Shown here: piece by piece, positions 36,237 to 43,989 of the stretch
How the letters are laid out: each line of letters begins with the position of its first letter
Position numbering within the stretch: position 1 is the stretch's first letter
NCBI RefSeq assembly: GCF_036417845.1
Contig: NC_090015.1
Location: forward strand, 1 to 64,000
Source: Apteryx mantelli
Lineage: Eukaryota
Length of the DNA stretch: 64,000 bases
Direction: 5' to 3'
Made by a program: the position numbers and the translations under genes
The notes under the pieces: model-generated
Told to the model about the DNA's origin: nothing
Database searches by the model: none
The model's input: only the letters and a program-made list of their open reading frames with translations

Positions 36237-36353
36237 GCAGGAAGCAGAGCGCCTGGCGCAGGAGGCCCGGGGTCGCCTCGAGCGGCAGCGGCTGCTCGAC
36301 CAGGCCGAGGCCGAACGGGCGCGTCGGGCCCTGCTCGAGCTCGAGGCCCTCAG
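36237..36353 (+). CDS. MVP: MVP coding exon (g-[38 protein letters not shown]-ag); AG 36235-36236, donor GT 36354-36355 (gtgagc)
   Basis: Matches MVP '[39 protein letters not shown]'. Confidence 0.88.
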
Positions 36354-36359
36354 GTGAGC

Positions 36360-36950
36360 CCTTCCCAGCATGCCCCGGGGCTCCTCCGCCTTCCCAGCGT
36401 GCCCCGGGGCAACTGCCTTCCCAGCATGCCCTGGGGCAACCACCCTCCCGGGGGACCTGGGCGCCCTCCGCTAGTCTAGACCATCTCAGGCTCCTCCACT
36501 ATCCCAGAATGCCCTGGGGGCCTTTGCTATCCCAGCATGCCCTAGGGCTCCTCTGCCTTCCCAGCATGCCCCGGGGCTCCTCCACCTTCCCAGCATGCCC
36601 TGGGGTTCCTCCACCTTCCCAGCATGCCCCGGGGCAACCACCCTCCCAGGGGACCTGGGCGCCCTCTGCTAGTCTAGACCATCTCCGGCTCCTCCACTAT
36701 CCCAGAATGCCCTGGGGGGGCCTCTGCTATCCCAGCGTGCCCCGGGGCTCCTCCACCTTCCCAGCATGCTCCGGGGCTCCTCTGCTATCCCAGCATGCCC
36801 TGGGGCCTTCAGCCATCCCAGCATGCCCTGGGTTCCTCCACCATCCCACCATGCCCCAGGGCCCCTCCACTATCCCAGCATCCCCCAGGGCTGCTCTGAT
36901 ATCCCAGCATGCACCAGGGCCCTCAGCCATCCCAGCATGCCCTGGGGCTC
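36360..36950. repeat. Tandem repeat of about 30-bp units (cccagcatgccc(c/t)ggggctcctccaccttc), with about 180-bp higher-order periodicity
   Basis: The blocks at 36361-36480 and 36541-36670 are near-identical. Confidence 0.85.
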
Positions 36951-37311
36951 CTCCGGGGGCAGAGCCACGTGTGTGTGGGGGGGGTGCCTTGGTGTGGGGG
37001 CGTGGCCTGAGGGAGGGCAGGTGCTGGGTGGGGGCGTGGCTTTGGCAGGGGGCGTGGCCTGGGGTGGCTGGCGCTCTGGAGGGGGGCGTGGCTTGGCGCA
37101 AGGGCTGGGTGGGGGTGGGCAGGGCTGGGCGTGGGGGGGCGTGGCTTGGCGGTGGGCGTGGCCCGGTGGGCGGGAACACCCCCAGGAGCAGGGGAGGTGG
37201 GAATGGAGCCCCTGGGCCAGGGGGAGGGGGGCTCCCGCAGCTCAGTTTGGGAGGGGGCGTGGCCTGGGGCGGGGGGGCGGGGTCACCTCGCGGTGACCCC
37301 GCCCCTTGCAG

Positions 37312-37438
37312 CGCGGCGGTGGAGAGCACGGGGGCGGCGCGGGCGGAGGCGCAGGCCCGGGCGGAGGCCGCCCGCATCGAGGGCGAAGCCGCCATCCTGC
37401 AGGCCAAGCTCAAGGCCGAGGCCGCCGCCATCGAGGCG
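37312..37438 (+). CDS. MVP: MVP coding exon (c-[42 protein letters not shown]); AG 37310-37311, donor GT 37439-37440
   Basis: Matches MVP '[42 protein letters not shown]'. Confidence 0.88.
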
Positions 37439-37439
37439 G

Positions 37440-38580
37440 TGCGTGCGGGGCGGGCGGGGGGCGGGGCTTGGCGGCGCGGGGGGCGGGGCTTGGCGGCGGG
37501 GGGGGCGACCGCGTGGCGGAGGGGGGGCGGGCAGGGTGGAGGGGGGGGGTGTCTGAGCGCGGCCACGCCCCCAGGGGGCGGGGCTGCCGCACGCGCAGGC
37601 GCGGTAGCCGCGGGGGGGGGGTGAAGGGGAGCGCGCAGGCGCAGTAGCCGCGGAAAGGGGGGGCGGCCAGGTGAGCGCGCAGGCGCAGTAGCCGCCGTGG
37701 GGGGGGCCGAGTGCGCAGGCGCGGTTGCCCGGGGGGGGGGCAAGGGGAGCGCGGAGGCGCAGTAGCCGCGGTGGGGGGGGGGGGGTTGAGTCGAGCGCGC
37801 AGGCGCAGAAGCCGCGGGGGGGGGGGGGTGAGGCGAGCGCGCAGGCGCAGTAGCGACGGTGGGGGGCGGCCAGAAGAGCGCGCAGGCGCAATAGCCGCGG
37901 GGGGGGGGGGTTGAGGGGAGCGCGCAGGCGCAGTAGCCACGTGGGGGGGGTTGAGGCGAGCGCGCAGGCGCAGTAGCCGCGGGGGGGTGGCAAGGGGAGC
38001 GCGCAGGCGCAGTAGCCGCGGTGGGGGGGGGGTTGAGTCGAGCGCGCAGGCGCAGAAGCCGCGGGGGGGGGGGTGAGGCGAGCGCGCAGGCGCAGTAGCG
38101 ACGGTGGGGGGGCGGCCAGAAGAGCGCGCAGGCGCAGTAGCCGCGGGGGGGGGGGGTTGAGGCGAGCGCGCAGGCGCAGTAGCCGCGGGGGGGGGGGGCA
38201 GGGCGGCAAGGGGAGCGCGCAGGCGCAGTAGCCACGTGGGGGGTTGAGGGGAGCGCGCAGGCGCAGTAGCCGGGGGGGTGAGGGGAGCGCGCAGGCGCAG
38301 TTGCCGCGGGGGGGGGGCTGAGGCGAGCACGCAGGCGCAGTAGCCGCGGAGGGGGGGGGGGGGGGGCGGCAAGGCGAGCGCGCAGGCGCAGTAGCTGCGG
38401 TGGGGGGGTGAGGCGAGCGCGCAGGCGCAGTAGCCGCGGGGGGGGGCTGAGGCGAGCGCGCAGGCGCAGTAGCCGCGGGGGGGGGGGAGAAGCGGCGGCC
38501 AGGGGAGAGCGCAGGCGCGGCAGGTTCGCCGGGCGCGGGGGGGGGGGGGGGAGGTGTCCCGCGGCGGGCGGGGCCGTGCC
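37440..38580. repeat. Tandem repeat of about 40-45-bp units (tgaggcgagcgcgcaggcgcagtagccgcg + G8-12) with a 240-bp higher-order period. The core GAGCGCGCAGGCGCAG matches the exon-14 5' region
   Basis: 37741-37980 equals 37981-38220. Every unit carries a G-run of 8-12 nt. Confidence 0.9.
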
Positions 38581-38612
38581 TGACGGCGGCCCCGCCCCCC
38601 CCCACCGCGCAG

Positions 38613-38802
38613 GAGGCGGAGCTGGCGCGGCTGGAGCGCGCGCAGGCGCAGGAGCTGCGGGTGCGGCGGGCGCGGGCGGAGGCGGAGGCGGCGCACGCGC
38701 AGGCCATGGCCGAGGTGGAGGGGGGGGCGCGTGCGCGACGTGGCCGCCGCCCTCGGCCCTGACGTCATCCGCGACATCGCGCGCGCCGGGCCCGAGCTCC
38801 AG
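38613..38802 (+). CDS. MVP: MVP coding exon (EAELARLERAQAQELRVRRARAEAEAAHAQAMAEVEGG[fs]RVRDVAAALGPDVIRDIARAGPELQ); AG 38611-38612, donor GT 38803-38804. Apparent +1 frameshift in the G7 run at 38721-38727
   Basis: Matches MVP '[63 protein letters not shown]'. The upstream frame (phase from 38613) and the downstream frame (from 38731) differ by one nucleotide across a 7-G run. Confidence 0.7.
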
Positions 38803-38804
38803 GT

Positions 38805-39420
38805 GGGCGGGGCCTCTGCGCGTGCGCGGGGGGGGGAACCGCGCGGTGGGGGGGCGGGGCCTGCGCGGTGGGGGGCGGGGCCATGGGGGGGTTGCCCCGG
38901 GGGTGGGGTCGCGGGGGGGTTGGGGTCCCAATGGGGGAGGGGCCCCAAAGGTGGTGGGCGGGACCTGGAGGGGGCGGGGTCTCCGTGGGTGGGGGCGTGG
39001 CCCTGGCGGGGGTGGGCGGGCCAAGAAGGGGGGGTCTCCCCACAGGAGCAGGGTCCAAGTGGGCTGGGCGGGGCCTCGGTGGGGGCGGGGCCTGAAGGGG
39101 AGTGGGTGGAGCACGAAGGGGGCACCCAATGGGGGTGGGGCCTCGAGGGGGGTCCCCAGGGGAGTGGGCGGGGCCTCGAGGCAGAGGTGGGGCCCGATGG
39201 GGGCGGGGCCTCCAAGGAGAGTGGGGCCTTGAAGGGGAGGGGCTCCCTCTGAGGGGCGTGACTTCTACTTGGGGGCGGGGCCAGGGGCAGCTCGCTCTCC
39301 CCCAGGGAGGGCGGGGGAGGCCGCCGGGGCGGGAAAGAGGGGAGGGGCGTGGCCCGTGGCTGGTGGGTGTGGCCTGAGGGGTGTGGCCCGAGGAGGGGGC
39401 GTGGCCTGAGAGGGGGCGTG
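38805..39420. repeat. Degenerate GC-rich repeat (gggcggggcctcgaggg / ggggcgtggcc) in MVP intron 14
   Basis: Direct reading. Confidence 0.6.
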
Positions 39421-39428
39421 TCCCACAG

Positions 39429-39566
39429 GTGAAGCTGCTGCAGGGCCTGGGGCTGCAGTCGACGCTCATCACCGACGGCGCCGCCCCCCTCAACCTCTTC
39501 GCCACCGCCCGGGGGCTCCTGGGGCTGGCCCCGCCCCCCGACCCCGCCCCCGGACACGCCCCCTGA
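39429..39566 (+). CDS. MVP: MVP terminal coding exon ([45 protein letters not shown]); AG 39427-39428; stop TGA 39564-39566
   Basis: Matches MVP C-terminus '[43 protein letters not shown]'. The frame matches ORF 39381..39566. Confidence 0.9.
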   Translation: MKLLQGLGLQSTLITDGAAPLNLFATARGLLGLAPPPDPAPGHAP

Positions 39567-39596
39567 GCCCCCCGGGCTCCGCCCCCCCCGCTCGCC

Positions 39597-39602
39597 AATA
39601 AA
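39597..39602 (+). terminator. MVP: AATAAA polyadenylation signal of MVP (3'UTR about 39567-39620)
   Basis: Canonical aataaa lies 31 nt after the stop codon, followed by a GT-rich stretch (ggcagtgatgatgtcgtgg). Confidence 0.7.
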
Positions 39603-40150
39603 GGCGGCCCTTGGCAGTGATGATGTCGTGGCGGTGATGTCAGCGGTGGGGGCGGGGCACTGGGGGCGGGGTGTCACAGGATTGGGGGCTGGGCACTGTG
39701 ACGTCATCAAGGCGGGGCTGCTGCTGGCTGTGATGTCACAGCTCTGGGAGCGTGGCGACCAATGAGGTCGGGGCGGCGCACCCGGGCGTGATGTCATCAG
39801 CTTTGGGGGGGAGGGGGCCGGGGTGTGATGTCATGGCCCCGGGGGGGGGGGCGTTGGGGGCCGTGATGTCATAGGGCCGGGGGAGGGGGCGGGGCTGCGA
39901 TGTCGCAGGGCGGCGCCGGGGGCTGTGATGTCACCGGGCTGGGGCGTGACGTCACCAGGCTGCGGTGTGATGTCACCGGGGTGGGGGCGTGATGTCACCG
40001 GGCTGCGGTGTGATGTCACCGGGCTGGGACGCGACGTCGGGGTGGGGGGGGGGGGCAGCGCTGGGGGTCGTGATGTCACCAGGCTGCATGTGTGATGTCA
40101 CCGAGCTGGGGTGTGATGTCACCGAGCTGGGGCGTGATGTCACCAGGGTG
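39600..40150. repeat. Array of about 16 units of about 30-40 bp centred on GTGA(T/C)GTCA(C/T) (CRE-like TGACGTCA / TGATGTCA), in the convergent intergenic space
   Basis: gtgatgtcaccgggctgg, gcgtgacgtcaccaggctgcg and ctgtgacgtcatcaaggcgg recur. Confidence 0.85.
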
Positions 40151-40232
40151 GGGGAGGGGGGGGGCGGTGCGGGGGTCCCCGGACACCTGGGCCCCCCCCC
40201 GAAAACAGGACGCGGCGGCTCCCGAAGGCTCC

Positions 40233-40238
40233 TTTAAT
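40233..40238 (-). terminator. TLCD3B: Putative ATTAAA poly(A) signal for TLCD3B (implied 3'UTR about 40215-42032, running through the 42-bp satellite)
   Basis: Plus-strand tttaat is the only hexamer-variant signal I found between the TLCD3B stop (42033) and the MVP 3' end. I found no tttatt or tttaat in 40400-42033. Confidence 0.4.
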
Positions 40239-40286
40239 ACTGAGGTTATTGCTGCTGCGCGGGGGCCCCCCCCGGGGGGGGGGACG

Positions 40287-40312
40287 GACGGACGGACGGA
40301 CGGACCCAGGTG
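40287..40312. repeat. (GGAC)6 tetranucleotide microsatellite
   Basis: ggacggacggacggacggacggac. Confidence 0.9.
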
Positions 40313-40399
40313 TCCCCGGAGCCCCCCGGGGGGGCTGCTACTGTCCCGGGGGCACCCAAGGGTGCTCCTGGGGGGGGGGAGGGGCGTCACCGCCACCTG

Positions 40400-41900
40400 G
40401 GGAGCCGGGGGGGGGGGCTGCTACGGTCCTGGGGACAACCAAGGAGGGGGGGGGGCTGGGTGTCCTGGGGGCACCCATGGGTGCTCCTGGGGGGGGTCCC
40501 CACCCCTAGGATGGGTGCTGGACACCCTGAAGACATCTAAGGTGGCTTCTAGGGGGTGGTCACCACCCCTAGGACACCCCGGGGTGGGTGCTGGACACCC
40601 TGAAGACATCTAAGGTGGCTTCTGGGGGGTGGTCACCACCACTAGGACACCCTGGGGTGGGTGCTGGGTGCCCTAGGGGCACCCGTGGGGGCTCCTGGGA
40701 GATGGTCACCACCCCAGGACGCTACAAGGTGGGTCCTAAGTACGCTGGGGGCACCCAAGGGTGCTCCTGGGGGATGGGCAACATCTTGAGGGCGCCCAAG
40801 GGTGCTCGTAGGAGACGCCCACCACCCTGAGAACAAGCAGATGTGCTCCTGGGAGGCCCTGGAGACACCTAAAGGTGCTTCTAGGAGACGGCCACCACCC
40901 TGGTGACACCCAAGGGTGCTCCTAGGAGACGACCACCACCCTGAGAACACCCAAAAGTGCTTCTAGGAGATGACTACCACCCTCGTGACACCCAAGGGTG
41001 CTCCTAGAAGATGGCCACCACCTTGAGAACACCCAAGGGTGCTCCCGGGAGATGGTCTTCACCCTTGTGACACCCAAGGGTGCTCCTAGAAGATGGCCAC
41101 CACCCTGAGGACACCCAAGGGTGCTCCTAGGAGATGGCCACCACCTTGAGAACACCCAAGGGTGCTCCCAGGAGACAACCACCACCCTGGTGACACCCAA
41201 GGGTGCTCCTAAAAGATGGCCACCACCCTGAGGACACCCAAGGGCGCTCCCAGGAGATGGCCACCACTCTGAGAACACCCAAGGGTGCTCCCAGGAGATG
41301 GCCACCACCCTGGTGACACCCAACAGTGCTCCTATGAGACGACCACCACCCTGGTGACACCCAAGGGTGCTCCTAAAAGATGGCCACCACCCTGATGACA
41401 CCCAGAGGAGCTCCTAGAAGATGGCCACCACCCTGAGAACACCCAAAAGTGCTTCTAGGAGATGACCACCACCCTGGTGACACCCCAGGGTGCTCCTATG
41501 AGATAACCACCACTCTGGTGACACCCCAGGGTGCTCCTAAGAGACGACCACCACCCTGGTGACACCCCAGGGTGCTCCTATGAGATAACTACCACTCTGG
41601 TGACACCCAAGGGTGCTCCTAGGAGATGGCCACCACTCTGGTGACACCCAAGGGTGCTCCTAAGAGACAACCACCACCCTGGTGACACCCCAGGGTGCTC
41701 CTAGGAGATGGCCACCACTCTGGTGACACCCAAGGGTGCTCCTAGGAGATGGCCACCACTCTGGTGACACCCAAGGGTGCTCCTAAGAGACAACCATCAC
41801 CCTGGTGACACCCAAGGGTGCTCCTAGGAGATGGCCACCACTCTGGTGACACCCAAGGGTGCTCCTATGAGATACCCACCACCCTGGTGACACCCCCATG
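40400..41900. repeat. Satellite of about 42-bp units (gtgacacccaagggtgctcctaggagatggccaccaccctg) repeated about 35 times, within the presumed TLCD3B 3'UTR
   Basis: Direct reading. Confidence 0.9.
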
Positions 41901-42032
41901 GCGGGTCCTGGTCACCCCAGACACCCCCCCCCCCTCCCCCAAACCAGGGCTACACCCCCCCCACCCCCACCCCACCCACACCCCACCTCGCACCCCGACG
42001 GGCGCCGCAGCACCCCGGGGTGCCGGGCGGCA

Positions 42033-42293
42033 TCAGGGAGGCGCCGGTGGGCGGAAGAGGCGCCAGGCGCCGCGGCAGATGAGGCCGAACCAGTAGAGCT
42101 GGGGGGCGAGGAGGGCGGCGGCGGCAGCGTTGTAGGCAGCAGGCAGCGCCGCCGGCACCCGCAGCAGCGGCAGCCCCGCGTGGCGCCCGTAGGCCCAGTA
42201 CAGGTAAGGGAAGAGCAGCACCCGGCACCCGAAGAAGGTCACCAGCATGGCCAAGCCGTTGAGCTTGTGCAGCGCCGTGTGTTGCCGCTTGTA
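42033..42293 (-). CDS. TLCD3B: TLCD3B (FAM57B) terminal coding exon ([86 protein letters not shown])
   Basis: Minus-strand translation aligns to the TLC-domain protein FAM57B/TLCD3B C-terminus '...[48 protein letters not shown]...[21 protein letters not shown]'. The minus-strand acceptor cag lies at plus 42294-42296. The frame matches ORF 42033..42317(-). Confidence 0.85.
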   Translation of the reverse strand, partial: [86 protein letters not shown]

Positions 42294-42339
42294 CTGCCGG
42301 GTGAAGAGGGGGGACAACGGGGGACGCGGTCAGCGCGTA

Positions 42340-42900
42340 GGGGGTGGCCGGGGTCACCTCTATGGTCTCCCGAGGGATCCTGGTGGCCGGGGACCCTGGT
42401 TCACCCCTATGTTCTCCTGAGGGACCCGGGTGTCTGGTGGCCCCGATCCATCCCTACGTCCTCCTGAGGGACCCAGGTGTCCGGGGATCCTGGTGTCTGG
42501 TGGCCCCGATCCATCCCTACGTCCTCCCGAGGGACCCAGGTGTCCGGGGACCCTGGTTCACCCCTATGTTCTCCTGAGGAACCCGGGTGTCTGGTGGCCC
42601 CGATCCATCCCTACGTCCTCCCGAGGGACCCAGGTGGCCGGGGATCCTGGTTCACCCCTATGTTCTCCTGAGGAACCCGGGTGTCTGGTGGCCCCGATCC
42701 ATCCCTACGTCCTCCTGAGGGACCCAGGTGGCCAGGGACCCTGGTTCACCCCTATGTTCTCCTGAGGGACCCGGGTGTCTGGTGGCCCCGATCCATCCCT
42801 ACGTCCTCCCGAGGGACCCAGGTGGCCGGAGACCCAAGTGACCAGTGGCCCCGATCCACCCCACGTCTTCCCAAGGGACCCAGGCGTCCGGGCCCCACCC
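42340..42900. repeat. Tandem repeat of about 46/92-bp units (ctggtggccccgatccatccctacgtcctcctgagggacccaggtgtccgg…ggttcacccctatgttctcctgag), in the last TLCD3B intron
   Basis: ORFs 42344.., 42430.. and 42477.. share peptides. Confidence 0.85.
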
Positions 42901-42936
42901 CGCCCTCCCCCCGAGGGGCCCAGGCGTCCGGCTCAC

Positions 42937-43032
42937 CAGGATGAGCACCTTGCCGAGGCAGACGAAGGGGGTGCTCAGCTCCGCCATGAGGAGGCAGCCC
43001 AAGAAGAAGTCGCCCTTGCCCTGGCGCCACAG
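42937..43032 (-). CDS. TLCD3B: TLCD3B coding exon ([32 protein letters not shown]); 96 bp, phase 0 at both ends; minus-strand donor gtgagc
   Basis: Aligns to FAM57B '[32 protein letters not shown]'. It is flanked by cag|ctg on the acceptor side and ctg|gtgagc on the donor side on the minus strand. Confidence 0.8.
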
Positions 43033-43039
43033 CTGGGGA

Positions 43040-43760
43040 CACGAGGGGGGACACGGGGGGACACGGGGGGGGACACGGGTCACACGGGGGGGGGACACGG
43101 ACACAGGTCACAAGGGGGAACAGGAGGACATGGGTCACATGACGTGGAGGACACCACCAGGACGTGGGGTGGCCTACCCGGGTTGCCCCCATCCCCACGG
43201 TGTCCCCAAGGTGTCCCCAACCCCCTCCCAACTCACGGAGGCCACAGGGAAGCAGAGCAGCACCGTGGTGGCCACCTCCTTGCCATGGTGGTGGCCTCCC
43301 ATCCCGTGTTCCCCAAGAGGTTCCTCCATCCCCGAGCCATCTCTGTCCCCATGGTGTCCCCAGCTGCTGTCCCCACTCGATGGGGAAGCAGACGAGGACC
43401 ATGGTGGCCACCACGAGCCCATCCTCGCCGACGTGGTGGCCACCCATCCCGTGTCTCCAAGAGGTTCCTCCGTCTCCAAGCCATGCTGGTGCCCCCAGGG
43501 TGTCCCCAACCCCCGTCCCCACTCATGGTGACCACGAGGACGCAGACGAGCACCACGGTGGCCACCACGAGAACGTCCCCGCCGAGGTGGTGGCCCCCCA
43601 ACGCCACGTCCCCAAGAAGGTTCCTCCGCCCCCCCCAAGCCCCGTCCCCACGGGGAAGCAGACGAGCACCACGGCGGCCACCACGAGACCATCCCCGCCA
43701 CGGTGGTGGCCCTCCATGCCACGTCCCCAAGAAGGTTCCTCCATCCCCGTCCCCTACTCA
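43040..43760. repeat. Tandem repeat of about 130-150-bp units derived from the TLCD3B exon end and donor
   Basis: See the TLCD3B copy feature above. Recurrent strings are gaagcagacgagcaccacgg(c/t)ggccaccacgag. Confidence 0.75.
43225..43700 (-). other. Four degenerate copies of the TLCD3B exon 3' end plus donor (…LVCFPVAA|gtgagt), in the adjacent intron at plus 43225-43290, 43355-43420, 43510-43580 and 43625-43700
   Basis: Minus-strand strings such as ctgctctgcttccctgtggcctccgtgagttgg, ctgcgtcctcgtggtcaccatgagtgggg and ctcgtctgcttccccgtggggacgg recur at a period of about 130-150 bp. Confidence 0.7.
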
Positions 43761-43761
43761 C

Positions 43762-43981
43762 GGCGGCCACGGGGAAGCAGACGAGCACCATGGCGGCGTG
43801 GTGGAGCACCATGAGCAGGTCCTTGCGGAGGTAGGCGGCGGCGGCGGCCCGCAGCGACGGCGGTGGCCCGGCCTCGTGGCCCTTGACGCGTCCCCGGTGC
43901 CAGTGGCAGAGGAACATGGCGTAGACGTCGTAGACGAAGTAGGGCACCGCGAACTCCGGGTAGGCGCCCGCCAGCCAGTGC
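43762..43981 (-). CDS. TLCD3B: TLCD3B coding exon (g-HWLAGAYPEFAVPYFVYDVYAMFLCHWHRGRVKGHEAGPPPSLRAAAAAYLRKDLLMVLHHAAMVLVCFPVAA); minus-strand donor gtgagt. The 5' (acceptor) boundary is uncertain
   Basis: Aligns to FAM57B 'QHWLSSAYTQFAVPYFIYDIYAMFLCHWH...YLHKEFLMVLHHAAMVLVCFP'. The conserved HH motif of the TLC domain is present. The open frame continues upstream into the 58-bp satellite, so I inferred the acceptor at 'acag|g' (plus 43981-43983). Confidence 0.65.
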
Positions 43982-43989
43982 CTGTCCCC

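Noticed and set aside
40240-40520. Possible additional small gene or exon between the two poly(A) signals and the 42-bp satellite
   Set aside because: There are only poly-G/poly-C runs and (GGAC)n. The ORFs are Gly/Pro low-complexity and have no recognisable homology.
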